NCBI GenBank assembly: GCA_964422365.1
Contig: CAYRAV010000013.1
Location: 1 to 63,032, forward strand
Source of the DNA: an uncultured Lachnospiraceae bacterium
Lineage (GTDB): Bacteria; Bacillota; Clostridia; Lachnospirales; Lachnospiraceae
DNA length: 63,032 nucleotides
Reading direction: 5' to 3'
In this document: positions 1-10,240 of the stretch, in pieces
Layout of the letters: every line of letters begins with the position of its first letter
Numbering within the stretch: position 1 is the first letter of the stretch
Notes under the pieces: model-generated
Database searches by the model: none
The model's input: the letters and a program-made list of their open reading frames with translations, nothing else
What the model was told of the DNA's origin: nothing
Program-made: the position numbers and the translations under genes

Positions 1-528
1 TTAAAATATAAATATGGAAAGAAGGAAGATATACCATTTATTCAAAAGATTGATGTAGATATTATTTCTAATCATGAGGTACAGGTTAATGTATACGAAA
101 AAAGCATGGTGGCATGCATTAAATATATGGGAGAATATTTATATTTTGATAAAGATGGAATCGTATTGGAGAGTACACAAAAGATGCAAAAAAAGATTCC
201 GGTTATTTCGGGGGTAAAATTTACATCTATGAATTTGAATCAGAAATTAGAAGTAGAAGATGATACAATATTCGACACAATACTAAATATTTCTCAGTTG
301 GTTGGCAGGTACAAACTGAATCTACAAAAAATTGTATTTAATCAAAAGGGGGAGGTGACTTTGGTTACAAAGAAAATTAGAATTTTATTGGGTAAGCAGG
401 ATTCTTATGATGCACAGATTGCGGAATTGTCAAAGATGCTACCCGAAGCAATCAATAGAAAACTAAAAGGAACTTTTGATATGAGGAGTTTTGTAGCGGG
501 ACAAAGACAAGTTATATTAAAGCAATAA
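1..528 (+). CDS. Cell division protein FtsQ/DivIB, C-terminal part; the reading frame is open to the window start
   Basis: The reading frame is open from nt 1 and sits immediately upstream of ftsZ. The C-terminal region is FtsQ/POTRA-like in composition. Confidence 0.5.
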   Translation, partial: LKYKYGKKEDIPFIQKIDVDIISNHEVQVNVYEKSMVACIKYMGEYLYFDKDGIVLESTQKMQKKIPVISGVKFTSMNLNQKLEVEDDTIFDTILNISQLVGRYKLNLQKIVFNQKGEVTLVTKKIRILLGKQDSYDAQIAELSKMLPEAINRKLKGTFDMRSFVAGQRQVILKQ

Positions 529-706
529 ACAAAAAATGAAAAAATACAAAAATAAATAAATAAAATACAATTTTTAGAAAATTCTACTTGATTATTTTGC
601 AGAAAAAATATATTATAGTAGGTAGGACTTATAACGGTCAGAGTAGGAGTATGGCAGTTATGCCGGGATAGAGAGATGAAAGTATTGATTTAAAGGAGGA
701 AGTACC

Positions 707-1948
707 TTGCTTGAAATAAGAACAAACGAAGCTGATTCTGCGGCTAAGATTTTAGTAATCGGAGTAGGTGGGGCAGGGAATAATGCTGTTAATAGAATGA
801 TAGAGGAAAATATTGTAGGTGTAGAATTTATTTGTGTAAATACAGATAAACAACATTTACAGAACTGTAAAGCACCTACATGTGTCCAGATTGGCGAGAA
901 ATTAACAAAAGGGCTAGGTGCAGGAGCACAGCCGGAAGTAGGAGAAAAGGCAGCTGAAGAAAATAGAGAAGAGTTAACAGAGATTATAAAAGGAGCGGAT
1001 ATGGTATTTGTAACCTGTGGTATGGGTGGCGGTACAGGAACCGGAGCCGCACCTGTAGTAGCAGAGATTTCAAAACAATTAGGGATTCTTACTGTTGGAA
1101 TAGTTACAAAACCATTTCGTTTTGAGGCAAAAGCACGTATGAATAATGCAATTAGTGGTATTGAGAAATTAAAAGAAAGAGTAGATACACTGATTGTGAT
1201 TCCAAATGATAAATTGTTAGAAATTGTTGATCGCAGAACAACAATGCCAGATGCGTTACGTAAAGCAGATGAAGTATTACAGCAAGGTGTACAGGGAATT
1301 ACAGATTTGATTAATGTGCCAGGGTTGATTAACCTTGATTTCGCTGATGTGCAGACTGTCATGAAAGATAAAGGAATTGCTCATATCGGTATTGGTGTAG
1401 GAAAAGGTGATGATAAATGTGTAGATGCAGTCAAAGAAGCCATTACCAGCCCATTGCTGGAAACTACAATTGAAGGTGCATCTCATGTTATTATTAATAT
1501 TTCAGGAGACATCAGTTTAATAGAAGCAAATGAAGCAGCTACATATGTTCAAGAACTGGCAGGTGAGACTGCGAATATTATCTTTGGTGCCATGTATGAC
1601 GAAGGAGCACCAGATTCAGCAGTTATTACAGTGATTGCAACTGGTTTGGACGAGCATGCTAAGGAAATGCCAAAATCTTCTTTACTAGGTGGAAAATTAA
1701 ATGCTAACATGAATGGAACAACAACACAGAAAAGGACAGAAGTACCTTTTCAGTCAATTGCAAAACCAGTGCAGACAGCCAGACCACAGCAAAGAGTGAT
1801 GCAGCCACAGGGGCAAGGTACGGTACAGCAGATGCATCCAATAGATCCGATCAATCCTAACCCAACAATTGAAACACCGATTGTTCGGAGAGAACACTCT
1901 GATGCAGGAGGAATAAAAATACCAACCTTTTTACAAAGGAAGAAATAA
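707..1948 (+). CDS. ftsZ: Cell division GTPase FtsZ
   Basis: Contains the tubulin signature [22 protein letters not shown] and the T7 loop. Has a Q/P-rich C-terminal tail. RBS AAGGAGG precedes a TTG start. Confidence 0.95.
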   Translation: MLEIRTNEADSAAKILVIGVGGAGNNAVNRMIEENIVGVEFICVNTDKQHLQNCKAPTCVQIGEKLTKGLGAGAQPEVGEKAAEENREELTEIIKGADMVFVTCGMGGGTGTGAAPVVAEISKQLGILTVGIVTKPFRFEAKARMNNAISGIEKLKERVDTLIVIPNDKLLEIVDRRTTMPDALRKADEVLQQGVQGITDLINVPGLINLDFADVQTVMKDKGIAHIGIGVGKGDDKCVDAVKEAITSPLLETTIEGASHVIINISGDISLIEANEAATYVQELAGETANIIFGAMYDEGAPDSAVITVIATGLDEHAKEMPKSSLLGGKLNANMNGTTTQKRTEVPFQSIAKPVQTARPQQRVMQPQGQGTVQQMHPIDPINPNPTIETPIVRREHSDAGGIKIPTFLQRKK

Positions 1949-1972
1949 TAGTAATTGAATATATAACATAAT

Positions 1973-2017
1973 AAAAACTATCTTAATTGGTGAGGTAATC
2001 CAAGAGATAGTTTTTTG
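1973..2017 (+). terminator. Rho-independent terminator after ftsZ
   Basis: Imperfect hairpin aaactatctt...aagagatagttt followed by a T-run. Confidence 0.5.
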
Positions 2018-2080
2018 TATTTTAAAAAAATAAATTGCAACAATTCAGAAGATGTCATTTGCAAGATACCAGAATATATG

Positions 2081-2130
2081 TAACAGTTCAGCCGTGCAGA
2101 AACAATTGTATCCTATGCACATGGGATGTA
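2081..2130 (+). repeat. Motif-B repeat copy 1 (TAACAGTTCAGCCGTGCAGAAACAATTGT...ATGCACATGGGATG)
   Basis: Roughly 80% identical to 10183-10240 and, as reverse complement, to 45927-45985 and 52376-52407. Confidence 0.7.
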
Positions 2131-2182
2131 GGACGGATTTTGCAGACATTCAAAATAAAAAAGAATGTGGAGATAACAGACA

Positions 2183-2557
2183 ATGGCAGAATCATTATTT
2201 GAAGAACTGGGTGGCAGATATGAAAGGCAGGGTGATTACATAATTCCATGCTTAACTGTACCCACCGAAGAAGAAAAGACGATAGGAATATGGGGGCAGC
2301 GGCACTTGGATTATCTAAAGCAATGTTGTAAAGTTACATACACCAATTTTCTCACAAGCGGCGGGCTCAATGCCTATCTTGCCGACGTTGATAAACAAGC
2401 ACAGGAACGCTTTGAAAGGCTTATAGAGGGCATGAAACAGGTACAAGGCGTAAACGAACAGCTAAAGGCAGAAAATGCCTTAGAATGGACAGGACGGATC
2501 AATAACATAAGGGCTTGTGCTAGGGAGATTGTGGGGAGAGAAATTATTTTTGCCTAG
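2183..2557 (+). CDS. tnpV: TnpV-like protein (Tn4451-family small accessory protein); no cognate recombinase present
   Basis: 124 aa. Motifs LFEELGG-YERQGDY-IPCLT-EEE-IG-WGQRHL-YLK...NFLTSG-LN-YLADVD-QAQERF recall transposon TnpV proteins. Recognised from memory, not searched. Confidence 0.6.
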   Translation: MAESLFEELGGRYERQGDYIIPCLTVPTEEEKTIGIWGQRHLDYLKQCCKVTYTNFLTSGGLNAYLADVDKQAQERFERLIEGMKQVQGVNEQLKAENALEWTGRINNIRACAREIVGREIIFA

Positions 2558-2659
2558 TGGAAATAGTAGGGTGAAATGCTCTGTTATTTTCTCTCGAAAA
2601 CTTGTTGACACGGAAATAAGAATATGATAAACTTGTTTCCGAGGAAAAGAGGTGAAAGG

Positions 2660-3127
2660 ATGGATAACAACATATTAAAACTCTTTGCAGAGTATTTAGA
2701 AAAGCAGGATATGCTCTCAAAATTGACAGAACATGAAAAGCTGCATAGTTATAGTTATTCAGAAATCCACACGATTGTTGCGATTGGTGATTTAGAATTA
2801 CCGAATGTTACTGCTATTGCTGAATATATGCATATGACTAAAGGGGCAATCAGCAAAATTGTCAAAAGACTACAAGCGGCAAAGTTGGTTGAAACTTATC
2901 AAGTAGGTGAAAACAAACAAAAGGTGTTTTATGAATTAAATGCAGCAGGAAAATTCCTGTATAATGAACATGAAAAACGACACAGCCTTTGGATACAGCG
3001 TGACCGAGTATTTCTTGAAAAGTATACATCGGAGCAAATCGAATTTCTTGAAAATTTCATGACAGATTTTAATGGTTATTTAGAAGAGAAGATTATTGAA
3101 TTAGGAGGAAAAAATAATGATGATTGA
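2660..3127 (+). CDS. MarR family transcriptional regulator
   Basis: Winged-HTH pattern (TAIAEYMHMTKGAISKIVKRLQAAKLVE). Start moved to the ATG at 2660, which follows GAGGTGAAAGG. Confidence 0.75.
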   Translation: MDNNILKLFAEYLEKQDMLSKLTEHEKLHSYSYSEIHTIVAIGDLELPNVTAIAEYMHMTKGAISKIVKRLQAAKLVETYQVGENKQKVFYELNAAGKFLYNEHEKRHSLWIQRDRVFLEKYTSEQIEFLENFMTDFNGYLEEKIIELGGKNNDD

Positions 3128-3683
3128 CCTTACACTGAAAATTACGCCTAAGATGGTAGTAGATGCCCAAGGAAATGAAAAGAAAGCATTAGTTGGGCAT
3201 TTAGGTACACACTTTGATGTTATGGATAGGGAGTTCCCTCTTAGCTACATTCGCCGTAATGCTGTTGTATTTGATGTAAGTTCTGTTAAAGATAGGGATA
3301 TTGATGTTAACGATATAGATTTTACTATGATAGATAAAGGAATGTTTGTAGGTTTTTATACAGGTTTTATTGAGTTTTGTGCCTATGGTTCAAAAATGTA
3401 TTTTTCAGAACATCCGCAGCTTTCGCATGAATTGATAGACTTTCTTGTGCAAAAAGAAGTATCAATTATTGGAGTGGATTTTGCAGGAGTAAGGCGTGGC
3501 AAAGAGCATACTATTACAGACCAAAAGTGTGTAGAAAAGGGCGTATTCGTTGTTGAAAATTTATGCAATTTAGAACGAGTGGTAGGAGAAAAAAATTTAG
3601 TCATTAATACGTTTCCTATGAATTATGCGGAAATAACGGGTTTGCCTTGCAGGGTGGTTGCAGAAACAAAAAGTGATTTATAG
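3117..3683 (+). CDS. Cyclase family protein (kynurenine formamidase-like fold)
   Basis: HxGTHxD motif (GHLGTHFDVMD), typical of the cyclase family. Start overlaps the marR stop. Confidence 0.7.
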   Translation: MMIDLTLKITPKMVVDAQGNEKKALVGHLGTHFDVMDREFPLSYIRRNAVVFDVSSVKDRDIDVNDIDFTMIDKGMFVGFYTGFIEFCAYGSKMYFSEHPQLSHELIDFLVQKEVSIIGVDFAGVRRGKEHTITDQKCVEKGVFVVENLCNLERVVGEKNLVINTFPMNYAEITGLPCRVVAETKSDL

Positions 3684-3822
3684 ATGGTTGCAGCATTATA
3701 GAAAATAAGTATTAAAAACTTAAAACTAACAGGAATTAGAAGAACAAATTGAACATTTTTTTAGCCGATAGCGTTTTTGGTGATACTATCGGTTAAAGAA
3801 TTAGTGGATTGTCAACACTTTT

Positions 3823-4655
3823 TTAGACAATTTTTTTAAGGTTATTTTCCCGAAATTGTACTGGTGTTTGATAATTCAACGAAGAATGAATACGATGATG
3901 ATTATACCAGTTTACATAATCCCATAGCTTTAATTTCAATTCTTCCAAGGTATGAAATCTCTCATTCCATATAAATTCCGTCTTTATTATTTTGAATGTG
4001 GCCTCTGCTGCAGCATTATCATACGGACACCCTTTGCGGCTCAGTAAACGTTCCATATCAAATGCCTCCAGCAATTCATCTATTGTCTGATTTTTGAATT
4101 CATTTCCACGGTCCGTATGAAAAATATGGATATCTGATAACTTCCCTTTTATACTCATAAATGCCTGTTTTACAAGTCCTGCCGTTTTATGTTCCCCTGC
4201 ACTGTAGCCTATAATCTCTCTGTTAAAAAGGTCAACAGGTACACATATGTAATTCCATTGTTTCCCAACTCTTACATATGTCAGAACACTTACCACTACA
4301 TTACGATAAGATTGTTCGTTAAACTGGCGGTTAGAACATTTTCCGCCTTAGATTCATTGCATCGGTCTTTCTGTGGTTTAAATTGTGCAGTTGTGTAATT
4401 CGATACCAGTCCCTCCTGTTTCATAATTCGTCCAATTCTACGTCTGGACACCTGTTTTCCTTTCTTTTGCAACTCTTTTTTTATTTTGCGTGTACCGTAA
4501 TTGTTGCGGCTCGCTTTGAAGATGCCTGTGATATCAGATACCAAAGAGGATTCATCAGGTTTCTTTTTGGCTTCATAATAATAAGTGCTTCTGTTTACCT
4601 GCAGGACGCGGCACATTGCTGATACAGAGTATTTGTGGGCATTTGCCTTAATCAC
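3823..4655 (-). pseudogene. IS3-family transposase OrfB (integrase core) split by an internal frameshift near 4296-4330
   Basis: Two consecutive minus-strand ORFs (4296..4655 and 3823..4296) together encode an rve/DDE integrase (HTDRGNEF...YDNAAAE). The break lies inside orfB, not at the programmed orfA/orfB frameshift site. Confidence 0.6.
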
Positions 4656-4657
4656 AT

Positions 4658-4954
4658 TTACTTTCGTCCTAAGATCAGCGCCGCTTGTTTTAAAATGTCA
4701 TTTTCCATTTTGAGCTGCTGATTTTCTCTGCGAAGTTTTATGAGTTCTTCCTGTTCAGGAGTCCGGTTGTCTTTTTCATGAAAAGAACCGGAATTTGCCG
4801 CCTGCTTCACCCATTTATCAAAGACGGATGTGGAAATATCATATTCCCTGCAAATATCGCACCTGCGTTTACCAGAATGATATAAATCTACCAGTTGTTT
4901 TTTGAATTCATCTGTATATTTACGAGGTTTTCTTCTTTGTTTTTGTTCGGTCAT
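4658..4954 (-). CDS. IS3-family transposase OrfA (HTH)
   Basis: 98 aa with a leucine-zipper/HTH region typical of IS3 OrfA (KRRKPRKYTDEFKKQLVDLYHSG). Confidence 0.8.
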   Translation of the reverse strand: MTEQKQRRKPRKYTDEFKKQLVDLYHSGKRRCDICREYDISTSVFDKWVKQAANSGSFHEKDNRTPEQEELIKLRRENQQLKMENDILKQAALILGRK

Positions 4955-5357
4955 ATTTTGTTGCTCCTTTACTTACTTATTTATTTTATAATATATGACC
5001 TTAAAAAATCCGTCCAGTTTATTGTAACCTATCCAAAGGGCATAGGATACAATTGTTTCTATAAGCCGGATGTCCGATATCTTCTAATATAGTCCCATCA
5101 AATAGAAAGGAAAGTATTTTCACTTTGCCCAAGGCATACCAGACAGGTTTAATGCCAGCGGGAATCATCACTTCATGATTATCTAATTATCATTTACAGA
5201 TTGTAATATTCTGTCTAATTATGCAGCAAAATGCAAATCAAAATATAAAAAATCCATCCAAAAAGTGACAAAATAATCGCAAACGATTCAGTATAATATT
5301 AGCAGTTCAGATATAGAAGCTGAGAGTGAAGGAAAAAGGAAAGGCCGGGGGTGAAAG

Positions 5358-6296
5358 TTGCATGTAACTTTATATTTGGATACTTTTTTTGCCATTAATT
5401 TTTTTATGAACATATTAGTACTATTTGCACTGAAAAAAATTTTAAAGCTTTATACAGGATTGTTCAGGATCATGATAGGAAGTATGATAGGAACTATCAT
5501 AATGATAGCCGTTTTTTTTAATACAATGTTTTTGGAATGGCAAAAAGCGGTGGTGTATTATGTATTGCTTTCCATTGTTATGGTAAGGATAGCTTTTGGA
5601 AAAGCAAGTATTCAGGTAATAATAGCAAGGGTATGCTGTATGTATGCTTTAACCTTTGGTGTAGGGGGTTTGGGAAACTTCATCTGCTGCCAGATGTTAC
5701 AAAAAGGAAGAAGAAATTCTTATTTAGGGACAAATCCATTGAAAAGCTCTACAAGCAGGGAAATATGTGACAGTAACAGTAGTATAGGAATAGAAGAAAT
5801 ACTTATATTGGCAGGTGTTATTTTAATACTATTGCCAATAATTTTAAAAGTATCAGAGTACATAAAGCAGGAGTATCTCACAAAATGTAGAGTATCATTA
5901 TATTATGGAGAAAAAAGTATAACAGGGATGGCATTAATTGATACAGGAAATCAATTAAAAGATTGGCTCACCAGTCACCCGGTTACAATCGTGCAAGGAG
6001 ATTTTATTAATAAACTGTTAGAGGAGAATATAAAAAAACAGATAGAGGAATATCAGATAGCAGAATGGGGAAAGAATAAAGAGTTTTTCCACACAAAAGA
6101 GCGGTTAAAGTACATTCCATATCATTCACTTGGAAATGAAAATGGAATGTTGGTTGGAATGTATTTAGACAAAATGACATTATATATAAAAGGTAGAAAA
6201 AAGGAGATTAAGCATCCGTTAATTGGAATTTACGCAGGAAAATTATCAGAAAATCAGGAATATCAGATTATATTGCATCGGGAATTCATAGAATAA
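5358..6296 (+). CDS. spoIIGA: Sporulation sigma-E processing peptidase SpoIIGA
   Basis: Multi-pass membrane N-terminus. Aspartic-protease DTGN motif (ALIDTGNQL). Sits immediately upstream of sigE. Confidence 0.8.
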   Translation: MHVTLYLDTFFAINFFMNILVLFALKKILKLYTGLFRIMIGSMIGTIIMIAVFFNTMFLEWQKAVVYYVLLSIVMVRIAFGKASIQVIIARVCCMYALTFGVGGLGNFICCQMLQKGRRNSYLGTNPLKSSTSREICDSNSSIGIEEILILAGVILILLPIILKVSEYIKQEYLTKCRVSLYYGEKSITGMALIDTGNQLKDWLTSHPVTIVQGDFINKLLEENIKKQIEEYQIAEWGKNKEFFHTKERLKYIPYHSLGNENGMLVGMYLDKMTLYIKGRKKEIKHPLIGIYAGKLSENQEYQIILHREFIE

Positions 6297-6310
6297 AGAG
6301 GAGGAAAAGC

Positions 6311-7051
6311 ATGTTGTTAAAAGTATCCATACCAAATAAATTTCAATTTAGAATGATACCAGATTTTAGAAGTATGTTCTCTGGTGGAAAAGGGAATATG
6401 CATTATATCGGAGGAGCAGATGTGCTGCCTGCACCATTAGAGGCGGATATTGAAAGTGAATTGATTGAACAGATCGGAACAGAACAGGAACAGGAAGCAA
6501 AGAGCCTGCTGGTAGAACACAATTTAAGATTAGTAGTGTACATAGCAAAGAAATTTGATAATACAGGAGTAGGGGTAGAAGATTTGATTTCAATTGGAAC
6601 TATAGGGCTAATCAAGGCAATTAACACATTTAATCCATGTAAAAATATCAAACTGGCAACCTACGCTTCTAGATGTATCGAAAATGAAATTTTAATGTAT
6701 CTTAGAAGGAATAATAAGACCAAAATGGAAGTATCTATTGATGAACCGTTAAATGTGGATTGGGATGGAAATGAATTATTATTATCGGATATTTTAGGCA
6801 CAGAAGAAGATGTGATTTATAAAAATATTGAAACAGAAGTAAATCGGAAAATGTTAAACAAAGCATTAGAGAAATTGTCAGAAAGAGAACGGATTATTGT
6901 ACAACTGCGTTTTGGATTAAATACAAAGGACGGAAATGAAAGGACACAGAAAGAAGTTGCGGACTTATTAGGCATTTCCCAGTCATATATTTCCAGATTA
7001 GAGAAAAAGATTATCGGACGTTTAAAAAAGGAAATGTTACGTTTAGAATAG
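6311..7051 (+). CDS. sigE: Pro-sigma-E (sporulation sigma factor E)
   Basis: Pro-sequence then YIGG-LP-PL. Sigma-70 regions 2 and 4. RBS AGAGGAGG. Conserved spoIIGA-sigE-sigG order. Confidence 0.9.
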   Translation: MLLKVSIPNKFQFRMIPDFRSMFSGGKGNMHYIGGADVLPAPLEADIESELIEQIGTEQEQEAKSLLVEHNLRLVVYIAKKFDNTGVGVEDLISIGTIGLIKAINTFNPCKNIKLATYASRCIENEILMYLRRNNKTKMEVSIDEPLNVDWDGNELLLSDILGTEEDVIYKNIETEVNRKMLNKALEKLSERERIIVQLRFGLNTKDGNERTQKEVADLLGISQSYISRLEKKIIGRLKKEMLRLE

Positions 7052-7159
7052 AAAAAATAGTTATAATAATCTTTAGTAAGAAAAGTAAAGAGGAGAGTAT
7101 AATTAACAAGAAAAGCGTGAATCCTATTTATAAAGAACAGATAAGATGGAGGTCGAAGG

Positions 7160-7939
7160 ATGGCTCTTTATAAAGTAGAGATTTGTGGAGTGAATACAGC
7201 GAAATTACCATTATTGAAAAATGCGGAAAAAGAACTATTATTCGGTAAAATACTAAAAGGAGACAAAGAAGCAAGGGAAACTTATATTAAGGGAAATTTA
7301 AGACTTGTATTAAGTATTGTTCAGCGTTTTTCAAGCAGTAATGAAAATGTAGATGATTTGTTTCAGATTGGTTGTATAGGATTGATAAAAGCAATAGATA
7401 ATTTTGATGTTACACAAGGAGTAAAATTTTCTACCTATGCAGTACCGATGATTATAGGGGAAATCAGAAGATATTTAAGGGATAATTCAAGTATAAGGGT
7501 AAGCCGGTCTTTGCGGGATATTGCATATAAAGCCATTTATGCCAAAGAGAATTTGATGAAAAAAAACGATAGAGAACCTACTATAGAAGAAATTTCGAAA
7601 GAAGTTGATATTCCAAGTGAAGACATTATATTTGCATTAGATGCTATTCAAAGTCCTGTATCTTTGTATGAACCTGTATATGCAGAAGGAGGAGATACAC
7701 TGTATATTATGGATCAGATCAGTGATAAGAAGAATAAAGAGGAAAAATGGGTGGAAGATATTTCTATTCAGGAGGCATTAAAAAGACTGCCTGAAAGGGA
7801 ACACAATATTATTGAGCTTCGTTTTTTTGAAGGAAAGACACAAATGGAAGTGGCAGAAGAAATACACATTTCTCAGGCACAGGTTTCCAGATTAGAAAAA
7901 AATGCATTAAAGACAATGAAAAATTATTTGTCACAATAA
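7160..7939 (+). CDS. sigG: Sporulation sigma factor G
   Basis: Sigma-70 family regions 2-4. Sits directly after sigE, as in the Bacillus and Clostridium spoIIG-sigG locus. Confidence 0.85.
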   Translation: MALYKVEICGVNTAKLPLLKNAEKELLFGKILKGDKEARETYIKGNLRLVLSIVQRFSSSNENVDDLFQIGCIGLIKAIDNFDVTQGVKFSTYAVPMIIGEIRRYLRDNSSIRVSRSLRDIAYKAIYAKENLMKKNDREPTIEEISKEVDIPSEDIIFALDAIQSPVSLYEPVYAEGGDTLYIMDQISDKKNKEEKWVEDISIQEALKRLPEREHNIIELRFFEGKTQMEVAEEIHISQAQVSRLEKNALKTMKNYLSQ

Positions 7940-8020
7940 ATATAATAGCTGCTGCAGGAAATGGCAGCTGCAATATAGCCCAAACTGTCAGAACGAAAGG
8001 GAAAAGAGAAAACTGAAAAG

Positions 8021-8072
8021 AGGTTGTCAATCTAAAGTGACATAGTGTCATTTTTCGTTGACAACCTTTTTT
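8021..8072 (+). terminator. Rho-independent terminator of sigG
   Basis: 10-bp stem aggttgtcaa/ttgacaacct followed by TTTTTT. Confidence 0.6.
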
Positions 8073-8114
8073 CTGTTTGCTATAATACAAAATATAAAAA
8101 ATGACACTATGTCA
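8038..8114 (+). promoter_or_regulatory. Pair of TGACA-N3-TGTCA palindromes (putative TetR operators) bracketing the promoter
   Basis: tgacatagtgtca at 8038-8050 and tgacactatgtca at 8102-8114. Confidence 0.45.
8058..8086 (+). promoter_or_regulatory. Consensus sigma-A-type promoter (TTGACA-17-TATAAT) for the TetR operon
   Basis: TTGACA at 8058-8063, a 17-nt spacer, then TATAAT at 8081-8086. The -35 hexamer is the 3' arm of the sigG terminator stem. Confidence 0.55.
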
Positions 8115-8136
8115 TTATTTTATTAAGGAGGATAAG

Positions 8137-8766
8137 ATGCCAAAAGTAAATTCAGAGTATTATGAAGAACGTAAAAAATATATTATAGATTGTACCATGA
8201 AAGTTTTATCAAAGAAAACATTAGAACAGGTTAATATGCGGGATATCATAAGAGAGACAGGATTTAGTCAGGGAACAGTATATAATTATTATAAAAATGT
8301 AGATGAAATTATTTCCACTATAATCTGCCAGTATATGAGAGAGATGAAAGCTGCATTGCAAATATGTATAGAGCAGTCAGAAAATTTTCATGATTGTTAT
8401 CATAAGATATGTGATGGCATGATTGCTTTACATCAGCAGAATCCTCAGCTTTTCGAAGCAATGTTGGGAAAAATTTTATATCATGATACAGAGCAGGACA
8501 AGCAGGATATTTTATTTGAAATCTATCAGATAGGAGAAGAATTGAATAGTGCTGTCATTGGATTATTAAAGAACGGGATAAATGATGGTTTCGTCAGAGC
8601 GGATTTGAATCTTTATGTTGTAATCTTTCATCTGTGGTCAGGGATTGCACAGACAATTTTGTTTTCTTATCATAAGCAAAAGTATATTGAGAGTCAGTTT
8701 CATATGACTCGGTATGAATATATGGAACAGGCATTTCATCTTATTATTTGTTCCATTTTGAAATAG
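8137..8766 (+). CDS. TetR/AcrR family transcriptional regulator
   Basis: N-terminal TetR HTH (LEQVNMRDIIRETGFSQGTVYNYYKN). Start moved to the ATG at 8137, which follows AAGGAGG. Confidence 0.85.
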   Translation: MPKVNSEYYEERKKYIIDCTMKVLSKKTLEQVNMRDIIRETGFSQGTVYNYYKNVDEIISTIICQYMREMKAALQICIEQSENFHDCYHKICDGMIALHQQNPQLFEAMLGKILYHDTEQDKQDILFEIYQIGEELNSAVIGLLKNGINDGFVRADLNLYVVIFHLWSGIAQTILFSYHKQKYIESQFHMTRYEYMEQAFHLIICSILK

Positions 8767-8775
8767 GAGGAGAAT

Positions 8776-9528
8776 ATGTTATTTTTATATTTTAGCGGCA
8801 CAGGAAATACACAATTCTGTATGGAATATTTGGCAAAAAAAATGGACGCATCTGCTGCAGTTTATTCTATTGAGGAAGCAAAAGTTTTAGAAGCAATTAA
8901 AATGAATAATGAGATTGTGTTGGGATATCCAATTTATTATAGCAATTTACCTAAGATTTTAAGAGATTTTGTTGTTGAACATGCAGATTTGTGGGAGGGG
9001 AAGGATATTTTTCTTATTGCCACAATGGGGCTTTTTAGTGGAGATGGTGCTGGGGTTATGGCAAGGCTTATGAAGAAGTGTCATGCAAATGTGATTGGTG
9101 GACTGCATTTAAGAATGCCAGATTGTATTTTAGATGTAAAAGTATTAAAGAATACAGACCATCAAAAGCTGGTACAAAGGGCAAAAGAAAAGTTAGATGT
9201 AACAGCTGTATCGTATCAAAAAGGCAGGCTGCCACAGGAAGGACTTAGAATATGGAATCATATTGCTGGCTTATTTGGGCAGCGTCTCTATTTTTATAAT
9301 AAAACAAAGAAGTATACAGACAAATTGAAAATTGATACTGAAAAGTGTATAGGTTGTGGAAAATGTGTTTCTCTTTGCCCAATGCAGAATATTATAGTGG
9401 AACATAAAAAGGCTTTTGCCCATAATAAGTGTACAATGTGTTATCGTTGTATTAATAATTGTCCAAAGCAGGCAATTACACTGATTGGAAAAAAGGTTGT
9501 AGCGGAACCATTTGAAGAGTATTATTAG
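8776..9528 (+). CDS. Flavodoxin-like domain fused to a 4Fe-4S dicluster ferredoxin domain
   Basis: N-terminal flavodoxin-like region (YFSGTGNT). C-terminal CIGCGKCVSLCP and CTMCYRCINNCP cluster motifs. Confidence 0.7.
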   Translation: MLFLYFSGTGNTQFCMEYLAKKMDASAAVYSIEEAKVLEAIKMNNEIVLGYPIYYSNLPKILRDFVVEHADLWEGKDIFLIATMGLFSGDGAGVMARLMKKCHANVIGGLHLRMPDCILDVKVLKNTDHQKLVQRAKEKLDVTAVSYQKGRLPQEGLRIWNHIAGLFGQRLYFYNKTKKYTDKLKIDTEKCIGCGKCVSLCPMQNIIVEHKKAFAHNKCTMCYRCINNCPKQAITLIGKKVVAEPFEEYY

Positions 9529-9530
9529 TA

Positions 9531-9550
9531 GATATTCAAACACGCTCCAG
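9531..9550 (+). repeat. Solo MITE terminal repeat (right-end type)
   Basis: attcaaacacgctcca matches the MITE terminal repeat. Confidence 0.4.
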
Positions 9551-9676
9551 GGTGTATCTGAAAATCAGGCAAACAGCATTTGAATGAGATATGCTGTTTG
9601 CAGTAATAGCTATTCAGACACACACTAAAAATAAGACTGTAAAATGCAAATGTGTTTTAACGGAAAAGAAAAATTC

Positions 9677-10117
9677 TCACAGATAGCATCGAAGTTCTTT
9701 GCACAGTTGTTCCTCGATATCTGACAGCCGGCTGCAAATTTCTTTAGAAACATTATCAGCAGCCTTATATTGGTTTAAATATTTATGAAGAGATTTGATT
9801 CCCATATTGCATCCATCAGTAATTAAATCTGCAACAGCAGAATCACTTCCATCCATACTCATTTTCATGTTTGTTTTCAACCAGGACATTCCTTTTGCCA
9901 TAGGACTAGGGTCTTTTTCCTCGCTGTTATGCTGCAGTAACAGACTGTGGATTTCATTTCCTAATTTTTCGTGATGACTCTTACTTTCTGTTAATAATTT
10001 TTTCATGTTACAATCGCTGATTTTATCCAATACTTCATCAATGGAAGATACTGCCATTTTTGTACCAGCATCACATTCTTTTAGTAAATATACAGTATCA
10101 TTGTTATTATTTATCAT
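9677..10117 (-). CDS. Hypothetical protein (helical, about 146 aa)
   Basis: Start set at the ATG that follows GGAGG. No recognisable motif. Confidence 0.55.
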   Translation of the reverse strand: MINNNNDTVYLLKECDAGTKMAVSSIDEVLDKISDCNMKKLLTESKSHHEKLGNEIHSLLLQHNSEEKDPSPMAKGMSWLKTNMKMSMDGSDSAVADLITDGCNMGIKSLHKYLNQYKAADNVSKEICSRLSDIEEQLCKELRCYL

Positions 10118-10182
10118 AATTATTCCTCCATTTATTTTCATTTACTATTATCAAGTTTGTCCAAATTTAAAAATAATATGAG

Positions 10183-10240
10183 TAACAGTTCAGCCCTGCA
10201 GAAACAATTGTGCAATATGCATGTGGGAGCATGCTCACTA
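10183..10240 (+). repeat. Motif-B repeat copy 2
   Basis: TAACAGTTCAGCCCTGCAGAAACAATTGTGCAATATGCATGTGGGAGCATGCTCAC. Contains an internal imperfect inverted repeat with ccattgtttct at 10251-10265. Confidence 0.7.

Larger units (their letters stand above)
3804..5035 (-). mobile_element. IS3-family insertion sequence with approximate ends; its transposase is disrupted
   Basis: orfA (HTH) and orfB (DDE integrase core) lie on the minus strand. A tentative terminal inverted repeat is tggattgtcaacac paired with ttgtaacctatcca. The element is about 1.2 kb. Confidence 0.55.

Noticed and set aside
658-1362. 234-aa ORF on the minus strand
   Set aside because: Fully antisense to ftsZ, low-complexity translation. 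An artefact of the opposite-strand gene.
2052-2243. 63-aa ORF upstream of tnpV
   Set aside because: Spans the motif-B repeat, has no RBS and overlaps the tnpV start. Explained by the repeat.
7052-7159. Forespore-type (sigma-F/G) promoter upstream of sigG
   Set aside because: gtgaatcc...cagataag gives only a weak resemblance to GHATR-N18-CATXHTA. Not supportable by eye.
8101-8136. Longer TetR start at 8101 (MTLCHYFIKEDK...)
   Set aside because: That ATG lies inside the operator palindrome and promoter. The ATG at 8137 has a canonical AAGGAGG RBS.
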